A DNA stretch of 64,000 bases, from positions 11,906,001 to 11,970,000 of the forward strand of contig NC_087438.1 in assembly GCF_036321535.1 (NCBI RefSeq), read 5' to 3'. This DNA comes from Camelus dromedarius (lineage: Eukaryota). Of the stretch, positions 12,720-25,745 are shown piece after piece. The notes below the pieces were generated by a model that made no database searches, had not been told where the DNA came from, and saw nothing but the letters and a program-made list of their open reading frames with translations. The position numbers and the translations under genes are program-made. Positions within the stretch are counted from its first letter, which is position 1; each line of letters starts with the position of its first letter.

Positions 12720-13090
12720 GGTGGGAACTAAAAGGCAACAAAGGCAGAAAGAAGTCTTGGGACCAACAACCCGACCCCACAACGCACTCACACTATAACT
12801 GGCCTCAGCGCCCTCGAAGACTGCGTACTGAGGCCCGGACGCTATGGAATTTATATAGGGCTGGTCAGGAAGTCCCGCCTCCTGACCTGTAGCCACGCCC
12901 CTACCACAGAGAGGCCCAGGAAAGCATGGGACTCCTGGCCCCGCCTAGGTGGGTGTTGATTGGATGGCCTGTGTGGATGGTGAGTGGAGCTGTACGAGGT
13001 GGATGTTGATTGGCTGGGGCCCAGGTGGGAGCTGATTGAGTCAACCAAGATGGGTGCGATCCTGAAGTGGGCGTTGAGTGGCACCTGTGG
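12720..13090 (-). promoter_or_regulatory. Putative promoter of ZNF622 copy A (TATA plus CCAAT, CpG-depleted)
   Basis: TATATAAA (minus) at 12850-12857; CCAAT at 12959-12963 and 13009-13013; loosely alignable to the copy B promoter. Confidence 0.55.
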
Positions 13091-13210
13091 GAGGTGATTA
13101 GGCTGTGAGGGCAGAGCCCTCATTATAGTATTAGTGCCCTTGTTAAAGAGACCCGGGAAAGGATACAGTAAGAAGTCTGGGACCACGGAGATGGTCCTCA
13201 CCAGACTGTG
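13088..13210 (+). mobile_element. MaLR (MLT1A/MST-like) LTR fragment just upstream of the copy A promoter
   Basis: gggaggtgattagg...gagggcagagccctcat...attagtgccctt..taaagagaccc resembles the recalled MaLR consensus. Confidence 0.55.
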
Positions 13211-16200
13211 AAAAAAAAGAAAAATGAAATAAAAACTAATAACATTTGTATTTCGACTATAGGATGTGAAGTGATATATACTCATGTAACAATGTTATTC
13301 AGTAAGTAAAATATGGATTATACAGTTGAGTATCAATGAATTATTAAATAAAGACCATATTGTGTATGTGTATAGTTAATGTGCAGCTTTAAGAACAATA
13401 ATACGTCGATTCTCTTCTATCCATCCTGTAAATTAAGAAATAGAACATGACCAATACCCAAGAAGCTCCCAGTTGCCTTTTCAAGTCACATTCCCTACAT
13501 ATCCCCATCTGAGTTAACCCTCACTTGAATCTTTTTTTTTATCATTTCCTTGATTAACTGTTAGCTTAGTGTGATTTTGAGCTTTATATACCTGAAATAT
13601 TGTATATAGTCTTCTGTGATTTCTTTCCTCTCAATATTATAATCCTGAGGTTCACATAGAAACATGGAGTTTTTCATTCATTCATACCCACTGCTGTTCC
13701 ATTGCTTGAACACAACTCGTTTTATTTTTTTATTATCCTAATGAAAATATATTTCAGAATTACTTAAAAATAAGAAATATTCATTCGTTTGAATCATTGA
13801 AATAATAATAGAATCATTCAAAGTTTTCATTAATTTTTGTTAAAATTATATTTGCCAAAGAGTTTAATCAAATTCTAAAATACTGCTCACTATGCATAGA
13901 GAACAGAAATTTAAATCTGCATTTCTGTTGTCTTATGGTCCCATTATACTGAGTAGTAGCCTAGCCTATTGTTGCCAATTTGTAACAAGTCTATGTTGTT
14001 CTAGAAAGGAAACCACAGTTTAATAACCATTTCAGCTTTTACTCTCTGGTACAAAATCTTTTCCCATTAAGCTGACGTATTGGCAAGACTTTGTTATAGA
14101 CAGTGGCCTCCTGTATAAATACATGATAAATACTAGATAAAAGCCATGCACTTAGTGTTTCCTTTAATAGGTCTGGAATCATTTGTAGGATATGCAAATC
14201 CAGTGCTAGATTTGGTGACTGATATAAACAGTCTTGCTCAGTGATTCAAGAGTGGATAGAGTTAATGAATACATAAATTATACCTAAATGTTCCTGAGAG
14301 TTCATTTCTCACGACAGTCAGGAAATCATTTGGCCAGTGCCTGACCAATGGGCTGGCATCCGCCTGGACACCTGGCTGCTCAGCGACTCTCCGGCAGAGA
14401 ACCAGCTAAGGCTGAGAGAACAAAGAGGCAGGACAAGAAGTTACAGATTTTGTTTTTGAATTTTTGCTTTTTTAATGCTACTGCACTCACTTAAATATAG
14501 CTTCAAATGTATATTTAAAAAAGGAAATTAAATTATTGAATTTACAAATTACCTTTGTGTTGAAAATTTAGTAAAAAGAAACAGACACAATTTCTGGGTA
14601 GTTGAGCATCTAAAAGCCAAAGTATTTTGATTTGTCTTAGGGCTACTGGAGTTGAACCCAGAGATCGGTCCCCCCCAGTATCCTTGCAATCATAGCTCAG
14701 ATGACACTTCACTAACAATCTCTGTCCTCTACTAGACACGTTTGTTTAGTTAGTGTCATTTCCTTAGCTCTGTGGCAGTGCCTTCCACATGGTAGGTGCT
14801 GAAAATTATCCATGAAATGAAAGAGTTTGGGGTCCCTTAACAGAGCTTGTTTGAACTGGCATATGTATATGTGAGTTAAAATTGCAAGGGTGACATGCGT
14901 GGGTTTGGATTTATGGCAGGCCTGTTCCCCTGGGCCTCTCCTAGTGTCCCAAGCCAGAGCAACTGTGGCCCTGAACCATTGTCTGGCCTCTGCCCATAGG
15001 CTGCAGGCACTGAAGCAGGTTGCACAGTGGGGAAAAAAATACAAAAAGAAAAAGAAAGAAGGGGAAAAAAGAAGAAAGAAAAAGGAAAAAAAGAAACAAA
15101 ACAAGAGAAAAAAAATCACAAGGGTAGGATTTGAACTTGATTTCATTGTAACTTTAGGAACTGCCCAGTATTTGTACATCTTCCTGGAGTGGTTGCTGCC
15201 AGTTTTTAGCACACTGTGGCTCCCATGGAGAAATGAGGGTGGGACCCAGAGTACAGCCTGGCACATGCACCACGTTCAAAACAAGTTACACCTGACCATT
15301 TTAATTTCACTATTTACAATATATTGTTGACATAGTGCTTTTCGTTCTCCAAATTTTTATTTGCATTTCCTTTTTGTTAAGTCAAAAATTAATCCAAATG
15401 AATCCCAAATTACATTTCTTTTATTAAATCCAAAATTTTAACTCAATTCTCATTAATACTTCCTCACAGCTATTGTCTTTAAGACAGTTAGTGGTCTAAA
15501 CTTGACAGCGGATACCAAAGTACTCCTGTTAAAGGTTCTGCATCAGCACCACGTTAGCTCTGGCTGCTGCAGCTGCCTGACCATGGCTCGTGTGGCATCT
15601 CTCCTCCTGAGGATCAGACTGGCCCTCACAAGTTGATTGGTCTGTCTTTGATTGAGACATCAAGACTGGGGTCAAAAGTGAGAGAACATAATATCATTCC
15701 CTCTCTGTGCAAGTTACCAAATCCCCAGGCGACTCTGCTGATTGGTTGCACAGCCAATCTGCAGACTAGACACAGGCTCAGTGGAGTCTTTCTGCTTAGC
15801 AGACTGTAAAACTGTGTTTACTGAATGTAAAATGCTCTCATGCAATATCTTTTGTTTCTCCACTGTTTGGTAGCATTCCTACTTTACAGATGATGAAATA
15901 GATTTAGGGATGTTCAGTAACTTTTGAAAAGAGACAGAAGGAAGCTGGAGAATTCTGGTCTAGGCTTCTTCATGTGTAAAAGCCTTATGTCAACAATACA
16001 TTGTGAAGAGTGAAATTAAAATGATCACTAACACATTCATGCAGTATTTCCAGCAGTATCCCATCCTAAGGAACACACTCAGTGGGGCTGTAAACGTTTA
16101 TTTATTTCCACTAAATCTGCAGCAGCAGTGAAAAAATCTTGTTCTAAATCTAGAAATACATGGAATATAATGTTTACATTAATGTTACTTACATTATACT

Positions 16201-17632
16201 CACAAAAAATATTACATGCATAAACAAAAATATCACCTTTTCTCACCTAGAATGTGGACAAATTTTGCCCCCAGCCAATTTTGGTTATTTATGAATTTTT
16301 AATTGTTTAGCTTTTCCTCTGAGTTATTTCTAAACTCTGTTAAGATCCTAATGGACATTATTAATTTGGAATTCACAATAATTCATACACAGGCAGCCAG
16401 GTAAGAGCTGTGTTGCCAACTCAGTGTACAGACATTTTGCAAAAGAATTGCTGGCAGTGCTATGACATTTATAAGTTCTTTGAAGAATACATGTCATTTA
16501 ATTTAGACAAATATGCAATTGGCACATTAATTATTTATGACACTAAAATTGATGGAGATTAGGAAGATTTGAGTAGCTTATTAACAGTATAAACATTTGA
16601 ATGTTAGAATAATTTATGATCATTTGTATGGCAGACAGTTGTTCTGTAGATCTGTCCTTTCTTTCCTGTTCACACGGACTCCCTGGCTAACTATAGTTCC
16701 CAGCCTCTTGTGCAGTGATTTACATGACTAAATTAGAGCCAATGGATATGAGCCAAGGCACGGATGTAATCTAAGCACAGACCATTTCCTCCTTGGAGAT
16801 GCCACGCCCCATGCAGGTGGGCTGGGTCAGGATATTTCCTGTGAGCTTAAACAAAGGTATTTTAGCTTAATGCTCAGGCATGGGAGGCAGGGTTCCCAGA
16901 GATCAGCCAGGAGACAAGCTGCATTTTTAGACTCTGCCTCTTTTTCTTCTCAGCAGCTAGAGGTGAGGTGTTACCACTCTCACTCATGGAAGTGAGGACG
17001 ACATTTTAGAGAATGGTAGAGTGATGGCATGAAAGGAGCCAGAGTCCCTAAATGACATCACAGAGTAGAGCTGCCCTGCCACCCCGAGCTGGCTGGACTG
17101 TTACGTAAAATAAACAGAAGCCACTGTGTTGTGGCATTTCTGTTACAGTAGCCTCACTTATAACCTAATAGAGTAAAACCCCAGGGTAACGCTATGCAAC
17201 CGGGCATAAGGCAAACGTGTTGGAGATGCAAGGACTCTCGGTCAACCGGCTTCTACTTACCAAGAAGCTACTGGCTGCAGATCTGCTCCTTTCTGGCATC
17301 TCTCCAGTCCCCTGCAGGCACTGCTGCTGCACCTACTCACAGCCCACGGCTGCTCCTCGTGCCCATCAAAACTGAAATAGTCTCAGGGTCCCTATTGGCT
17401 ACCAACTGACAAATGAACAGCAAACTCTAGAACTTAATTCTTTACCCAAAGACACCTGAATACTTTCTGGTCTTCTTTTCCCAGTCTTCTTTTCCCATCT
17501 CTACCTGTACCTTCTGCCTCACACAAACCAGACTTGTACTCTTCCTAAATATGTCCCTTCTTCTCCTCTGTCCACAGTATCTCTTCTATCAGCTCCACCC
17601 AGCTTTTTTCACTTGCAGATGAGTCCTCAATA

Positions 17633-18145
17633 TGCAATAGGGAAGAGCAAATCTGACTTCACGTTAGATCTGTTTCTTTTACTTTAACCTTTGTATTCCA
17701 TTGCTGTTGCTACGAGTTAATCAGTGAAGGGATGTTGCCTATAGCTTAAAATATACATAATGGCCCATCTCCCTCCCATGCCTGAGCCTTAAGCTAAAAT
17801 ACTTTGTTTAAGCTCACAGGAAACATCCTTAGCCAGACCACGATGAATGGCTGCAGGAAGGAAGAAATTAACACATCCCCTCTGGAGTCCTGATTCTGGA
17901 ACTAGGAAATATTTGCAACAACTTATCTCCTTTTTTCCTTAACCTCCTCACCATCCATTCCCCTTCTGCTCTATGAAAGAACCCAACATCCAAACATAGA
18001 CAGGAGGGTTCTTTGACACACCAGTCTACCATCTTCTCGGTCTGCTGGGTTTCCAAGTAAAATTTCTATTCCTTGCCCCAACAACTCATTTCCTGATTTA
18101 CTGGCCTATCATGTGGCAAATAGTACAAGTTTGCACTCGGTAACA
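17633..18145 (+). mobile_element. Solo LTR, ERV1-type
   Basis: TG...CA ends (tgcaatagggaagagcaaatctgac...ctcggtaaca); imperfect 4-bp TSD aata/aatg. Confidence 0.7.
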
Positions 18146-18397
18146 AATGTTCCCCCTCCTTCAGAATCCATCTGAAATGACAACTCCTTAATGAAAACTT
18201 CTCATCTCCCTAATTGCTGACATAGTCTATTCTTAATACCTATTGCCTCTTTGTTTGTATTCCATTGTATTCCAGTTTACCCCATTTTTATTCTATTAGT
18301 TAATTGTGTAATTTCTTACCATCCTTAATGAGTCATGAAAGTCTCCTGAAGACAAGAGTGTCTGAATGTAGAACCAGTAGAATAATATAAAGGATAG

Positions 18398-18860
18398 TGT
18401 GATATTGTGATTTGTACCAATAGATATTTGGTCTTTGTCCCATTCCTGGCACAGAGCTCATAAAATCCTTGGAATGTTTTAAGTGAGGGGAATGAGAAAG
18501 GCATCTTTTGTTAGGTCCATAAGCTGACTTTTGGAAAGCCCCTTGGTAGCTTAGCTGAGAAGGTATCACAACCAGAACTCCAGGGGACAGAATCTCCTGT
18601 TTGGGACCTTCCTGACCTCACCCTATATATCTCTTCATCTGGCCTGTTCATTTACATCCTTTAATATCTTTTGTAATAAACCAGTAATCTAGTAAGTAAA
18701 CTAGTTTACAAATTCTCTGAGCTGCTTTAGCAAATTAATCAAAACTGAGGAGAGGGTCATGGGAACCTCTGAAATACAGGCAGTACAACAGAAGGCTTGG
18801 GATTCACATCTGAAGTCGAATCTTCAGAGTCTTATGGGACTGAGACCTTAAACAATAGGT
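18398..18860 (+). mobile_element. MER21-like LTR
   Basis: tgtgatattgtgatt...ttggtctttgtcccattcctggcacagagctc start. Confidence 0.65.
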
Positions 18861-18869
18861 TCTTACACT

Positions 18870-21430
18870 TCTTCCTATGAAAGGCTAGTGCTGCCCCCTT
18901 CCTTGAAGGTGTTGCAGAAGCCTCTCCATCATCACCATAGGACAGAATTCTCCCAACCCAGAATCCACCACTAACTCCATCCAAGGGCACTAGACGAGTA
19001 ACTAGAAAGCAGATCAGCAACGACAGCCTATGGGTCAAGTCTAACCTATAGTCTCCTTTCTGTAAATAAAGTTTTATTGAAACATAGCTATGAACATTCA
19101 GTTCCATATTGTCTGCAGCTGCTTTCATGCCCCAGTGAGAGACTTGAACTGCTGCAACACAGCCTAAAATGTTTACTACTGCCTCTTTACATGGAAAGTT
19201 TCTGAGCTAGAGTCAAGTCATAATAAAACCTAGCAGGAGAAGTATTGGTCCTGATAAGGGAGAAAAAGAAATTTACACCCAAGAAGATGAAAGACCTAGC
19301 CAATAAATACTTGTAGGAGTGGAAGAATGTTTATGATATTGAATTTTGAAGGACCTGGATAAAGGAGGATGGAGTTTTGGAGGATGGATAATGGAGAGAT
19401 TATTCATGAGAGAGAACTCTTGTGAATAGGTGATGAGACATCCAGGCCCAGGATTTAAGAATCTCTTGGTTGGCTCTTGGAAGCTTAGAAAAGCCATGAC
19501 CACACCCAGTGGAGGAGATATGTGAGCAATGCCTTGGCAGAGCCTGGACAAAGAGATCAAAGGCTCAGAGAAGCAGGCACGCTAGAAGGGGTACACTCTG
19601 TATGCCTGGGAAATCCACCAGTTCACTGTGAGTCACAGGGGCACCAGAGGACACACCATTTCCCAGAGCTGTAAGGAATGAGGGGGTGAGAGGGGCATCA
19701 CCTTCCCTGAGCATCTCAGCGGGGCTGGGCTCTGCAGGCAGGGCGGACGCTGTAAGAGATGCTGTTATAGAACTGGGCTCCCTGAAAACAAAGAGGATGA
19801 GAAGATCCCAGATGGGTAGAGGCCAAGTGGCAGAACTTAAATATCAGAAGCAAAGAGGATGCGATTATAACGAGTGGCAGGGGGCCCTCACTCACAGAGA
19901 GCCACAGACATGAGCGCTGGAACCTGGCGTGGTTAAGGGCAGGTGCAGGGTGATAACAAAGATACTGCTACCAACCCCCCACAGAAAATCACAGCCAATT
20001 TCCAGCCCTGAGCCAGTCCTTCAGCCCCAAACCTGCTGCCTGAGGGAAAGGCTGGTTTGAGGAAGGATCCTGTTAGACCAAGGCGGGGGCATGTGGGAAT
20101 AATTTCCCGTCTTCACCCAAAGGGACGTGTGGCCATTTCCCTGGGTTTCCCAGGTATCTCAGGGACTCTCGGGCAGGGCAGTCTCCACTGACACTCAGAG
20201 ATTTTTGTGTTTCGTCATGATTCTCTGCTAAAGTGGGGTCTTATGGAGGGTAGGTGATGAGACATCCGGGCCCAGGCTCGTTCACGGTGGGTTTTTTGGC
20301 TCCGTGAATCCACCTGGTGATCATCTGTTCAGTCTCTGAGTGTATCCAGAAATGGATGTCCTTAGTAGCTGCCAGAATCCCCCTCATTAGCTCGTTGGTT
20401 TTAGGGTGAGCTTCTGTAGAGGAGAAGGCCACATGGAGGACCTGAACCTGTCCCTCCATGGTTGAGAGAGTAGACAAAAATCAGTGTCACGTCTGGGGGA
20501 AAGACAGAGACATCCGCCACCCTAACACACACAACACTGCAAGGGTAGTGGACCATTCCCCCAAGTCCCATTGAATTCTCCACTCTGCCCCCTTTAAAGC
20601 CAGGGGTCTGATAACTGAGGGCAGACCTCGTGGATCTGTCACCCCTGCTGAACACCCAGCCGGCCAGCAGCCGGATCCACGCTGAGGCCCCAGTGCGGCT
20701 TCCTCCCCTGAGGAGACCAACCAGTTACTTGTCAGCAACTTGATTGCCTGGGGTCCCTTTCAGTCTGGAAGTGGCAGTGATGGATGGAGACCAGAACTGA
20801 CACACAGTCAAGAAATGCCTTTGCCTTTCGTGCCTAAGGGGACTCAGCCAGCACTGCCGTCCGTGAGTTTATGTTTATTTGATAAACCGGTGATGGATCC
20901 TACGTAATGTGACTGTGGACCAGGAATCCCATTCTATAGCAGCTGGGTCCTACCCACACCGAGCCACACACCGCCCAGAAGGTGTCTGCCTAATACAGAG
21001 CCTTTTGAGAACAGCGAAGGCGACAGCCTGGGGATGACTCCCTGGGAGGATGGGTGGCATTGCACCTCTGCAGGTTACGTAGCACTGGGCCCCCAACAGG
21101 TGTAACCGACTGGTCCATGAAACAAGGATTGGAAGGAGGCCCGGCCCTCTCACCATTCCTCTCAGTGAGCTGCTTGGAGAACTGTGTTCCCTGTCACTGC
21201 ACACTGGGTCTCTTGGGCCCTGCTTTTCAGAGAGGGGGTGCTTCTCTCAGGGGACCCGGCAAGAATTCCTGAACTTGAAGCTACAGCTGCTGCCTGGCCA
21301 CAGCCCCATCCACCCGGGTGACTCACTAGGCTGTTCCCTGGTACCCCCTTGCCGAACTTTGATGGGAGGTGAGCAAGAGCAGTAGCTGTGGGTTGAGTTT
21401 GGCCATTTACCACCTCAGCCATGTCCTCAA
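18870..21430 (+). mobile_element. Highly degenerate ERVL-type internal sequence, with a MER58-like insert near 19020-19210
   Basis: Scattered similarity to recalled ERVL gag/pol nucleotide motifs; no intact ORF. Confidence 0.45.
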
Positions 21431-23217
21431 GGTGACCTAGGGTCAGCGCCCTTGGGGATGAGAGTCTGGGTCACCCCCCTCCCCGCCCAGGTAAGCCACC
21501 CTGAGAGCCGGAGTGCTGTCTGAGGGTGCGGGGGGTCTAGGGAGGCCAGTAGGGGAGGGACACAGGGAGACCAGCTGAGGTGACAGGGGCTGGAGCTGAT
21601 CTCAGTAACCTTCCCTGTGTGAGTTTCCCCGGAAACACAGCATTCAGAGTCACGTGCAGCTCTGCTCAGATGGGGTGAAACTCCTGGATGAAGGCCTGGG
21701 ACTTGGAAGGCCCCAGGGGTGACCGTAGCGGGTCCAGGCGTCTCCCCTTCAGGACCAAAGCCTGCACTGCCCACGCGGTAAGGAGAGCTGGCTCTGACTT
21801 CTGCGAGGCGCTCATCAGGGAGCCCCACTCAGGAATGGCCCTCGGCCGGAGGCAGCGGCCTCATTCAGGGCTGCAGCCGGTTTGCAATGGCATCCGGACA
21901 CGGGGCTCTGCGGGAACCCAGGCCAGCGCCCTGGGCCCCATCAGGAAAACTCTGAAGGGCCATTTCCACGGCCAGCCTCCCTGGGTATCCCCTGAGGCTT
22001 CTCCTGTGACCGCGTCCCAGCTCACCTCCGCCCCCTCAGCCCTCGCTGGGATGTCTCTGCGAGCGCTCCCCAAAATGCCCTGCCTGGGACCTTCTGTGTC
22101 AGAAGCGGCTTCCCAGGAACCTGAGACCTGGCTCTGGTTTAGGCACCTGACAGACACCTTTTCCCAGTTGTTGTAATTCTGGGCTAAAAACAGAGCAGGG
22201 AGTAAGAATTAACAATTTCCCTTACCAATTGAAAATTAAAATATTTAGTAGTTTCATTCAGCAGAGACATTTTGCTGAACACAGAGGCTTTGTTTGGATG
22301 GGAAGGCATCTCCACACAGTGTCTTTCCTTCTGTGAGCTTCTGGCGCTTCAATTATTTACTTTTTAATCAAGTTCTAATCCATTGTTGGGGTGGATGTTT
22401 CTCAAGTAATTTTTTTTAATGTAGGAAGTTTCCTAAAAATTAGAATCCATGTGTCATTATATAGAATAAGCGGACAGGTGGTGAATGGACTTATGTTTAA
22501 TGCTGAATGCCGTCAGCCTGAACCCCCGGAAGAGAAGGGCCCTTAGCAATGTCTTTTTCCTCCCTCTACTCGCAATTAATTTTGTCAGTTTGTGATCTAC
22601 AGCATCAGATCATAGGGGAAAAAAATCTGGTCATCACCTTCACTTCTTTAAAGAGGATCACAGGTAACTAATCTGCAAATTTAACTTCTCTTTCTGTCTC
22701 TGAATTATTTCTTTGCAAAGAGAAAGTCGTTCACTGAGCCTTGGTAGATCTTTAAGTCACTGAATTTCTTTCTTAAGCTGATAGTTTTGGTGCTCTTTTT
22801 GATAAACTTGGTGGCATTAGGTCCCAAAAGAACATAGGTGATCAAAATTTTTAAACATTTTGTCAATTATCAATTTTAAAACTAATAATATTTGTAGTGA
22901 ATCCATTTGAAATATAGATCAGAAACCAACAGATAGCATGTGGAGCAGGATTTTATGAGAGGCTTTTTTAAAAAATATTTATTCCATGCCTTTCTAGTCC
23001 TTGGCATGTATGGAATTTCATTTTTATATGTTTTGATGTCATAAACATCATTTTTAGTGTGAAATTTTTTTATTATGGAATTTTCTAAGTGGATGCAAAG
23101 TAAAGGGAATAGTACAGTAAACCTTCCTGTACACATTGCTCAGCTTCAATAATTTCCAACATTTTGTAAATCTTTTTTATTTCCCCCTCTGCCTCCTCCT
23201 CCCTGTTCCCCTCCCCC

Positions 23218-23218
<1 letters not shown>

Positions 23219-23284
<66 letters not shown>
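23219..23284. repeat. (AC)n microsatellite
   Basis: About 33 perfect units. Confidence 0.98.
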
Positions 23285-23286
<2 letters not shown>

Positions 23287-23820
23287 TTTTCCTGGAATAT
23301 TTGAAGAAATAACAGACCTTGTGTCATTTTCTTCATAAAATACTTTATATGTGTTTAAGCAGTAAGACTTAAGGAAAAAAATACCCGAGTATTATTATAT
23401 CCCCCAAATAGCAATATCTTAAATAGTCTAACACATAATCCATGTTCAAAAGTCCCCAGTTATCTCAAAGTTGTCTTTTACAGTTGGTCTTTTCAGATAA
23501 TAACAACCAATCGATTTCATAAACTGCATGGTTACTACTTCTTTTAACTATTTTAGTCTACATGGTTTCCCCTCCCCCTCATACTATTGAATTTGTTGGA
23601 GAAGTCAGACTATTCATCCTCTACAGAACTGTATCCATAGTCTAGAATAGCATGATTGTGATTTTTCTGCGATTTTTAACTTGTAGCTCTGTCCTCTGTA
23701 TTTCCTATAAACTGGTAGTTGAATGGGACTTGATTCGATTAAAGTTCATGTTTCCTGGGTCATAGCATTTCCTCTGATGTGTACTTTCTGTGAAATCATA
23801 TCAAGAGCTTACGGTGTCTA

Positions 23821-23905
23821 TCAGCTTCGTAGTGTAGTCTAAAGTCAGGGAGTGTGATACCTGTAGCTTTGTTCTTTTTCCTCAAGATTGCTTTGGCAAC
23901 GTGGG

Positions 23906-23945
<40 letters not shown>

Positions 23946-25745
23946 TTCCATATAAATTTGGGAACTTGTCCTTATTTTGTGAAAAATATCAATGGCATTT
24001 TGATATGGATTGCATTAAATATGAACTTTGTTTTGGGTAGTATGGACTTTTTCACAATATTAATTCTTCCAGGGCAAGAACACAGTATATCTTTCTATTT
24101 CTTTGTATCATTTTCGAATTCCTTCATCAATGTTTTGTACTCCACAGAGTATAGGTCTTTTACTTCCTTGGTTAAGTTTATTCTTAGGTATTTTATTCTT
24201 TCTGCTGTGATTTTAATCAGGATTATATTCTTGCTTTTTCTTTTTGATAGTTTATTATTAGTGTATAGAAAAGCAACAGAGTTTTGTATATTAATCTTGT
24301 ATTCTACAACTTTACTCAAAACAGCATGGTACTGGCACAAAAACAGACACATTGATCAATGGAACAGAACAGAGGACCCAGAAGTAAACCCATGCAGCTA
24401 TGGCCAATTAATCCATGACAAGGGAGGCAAGACAATGGAGGAAAGGCAGTCTCTTCAACAAGTAATGCTGGGAAAACTGCACAGCTACACATAAAAGAAT
24501 GATTTAGAACGTTCCCTTATACTGTATGTAAAAATAAACTCATAATTGTTTAAAGACCTAAATGTAAGACCTGAAACCATCAAACTCCAAGAAGAGATCA
24601 TAGGCAGAACACTCTTTGATATTAATTGTAGCAATATTTTTTTTAGATCTGTCTCATAAGGGAAAGAAATAATAGCACAAATAAACAAATGGAACCTAAT
24701 TGAACTTAAAAGCTTTTGCACAGCAAAAGAAAGCATTGACAAATCAAAAAGACAACCTACTGAATAAGAGAAAATATTTGCTAATAATATGACCAAGAAG
24801 GGAAAAACATCCAAAATCTATAAACAGCTCATACAACTCAATATCAAAATGAAACAAGACAAAGAACCCAACCAAAAGATGAGAACACCTAAATAGACAT
24901 TTTTTCCAAAGAAGATGTACAAATGAAAAACAAGCAAATGAAAAGATGCTCAACATCAATAATTATTAGAGAAATGCAAATCAAAACCACAGTGAGATAC
25001 CACCTCATGCCTGTCAGAATGGTTTAGCATTAAAAAGTCTACAAATACCAAATGTTGACAAGGATATGGAGAAAATGGAACCCTTATACACTGCTGGTGG
25101 GGATGTAAATTGATACAGACACTATGGAAAACAGTATGGAGGTTCTCAAAACACTAAAAATAGAACTATAATATGACCCAACCACTCCACTCCTGGGCAG
25201 AAAAAACACTAATTTGAAAAGATACATGCACCCCAATGCTCATGGCCACATTATTTACAGTCGCTGAGATATGGAACCAACCCAAGATATGGAACCAACC
25301 CATGGGAAGTACCCATGAAGAGATGAGTGGATAATGAAATATATCAACAATGGGCATATATATATATATAATGGAATATTACTCAGCCATAAAAAGAATA
25401 AAATTCTGCTATTTGCAACATATGGATAGATCTAGAGATTTTTAGTGAGATATGTCAGACAGAGAAAGAGACATACTCGGTGTTATCCCTCATATATGGA
25501 GTCTAAAAAACAAAACAAATGAATGTATACAACAAAACAGAAACAGACTCACAGATACAGAGAACGAAATAGTAGTTACCAGTGGGGAGGAGAAATACAG
25601 GGATAGGGGATTAAAAGATGCAACTACTATACATAAAATGGGTAAGAAACAAGGATATATTTTACAGCACAGGGAAGTACTGAATCACTATGTTGTACAC
25701 CTGAAACTATCCACTATTGTAAATCAACTGTATTTCAATAAAAAG
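23821..25745 (+). mobile_element. 5'-truncated LINE-1 with 5' inversion
   Basis: About 23823-24316 is antisense ORF2 and about 24317-25745 is the sense ORF2 end, 3' UTR and A-tail; degenerate TSD aagagctta....gtct at 23803-23819 and 25746-25762. Confidence 0.9.
23909..23943. repeat. (TG)n microsatellite inside the inverted L1 segment
   Basis: Direct observation. Confidence 0.97.

Noticed and set aside
12715..12780. N-terminal extensions of ZNF622 in the ORF track (also 53878-53904)
   Set aside because: They begin at GTG/TTG; the conserved start is the ATG of MATYTC
14712..15330. Lys-rich and Phe-rich ORFs
   Set aside because: Products of an A-rich low-complexity tract at about 15030-15115
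23901..24494. 197-aa hydrophobic ORF
   Set aside because: Chance read-through of a (TG)n repeat, antisense L1 and the inversion junction
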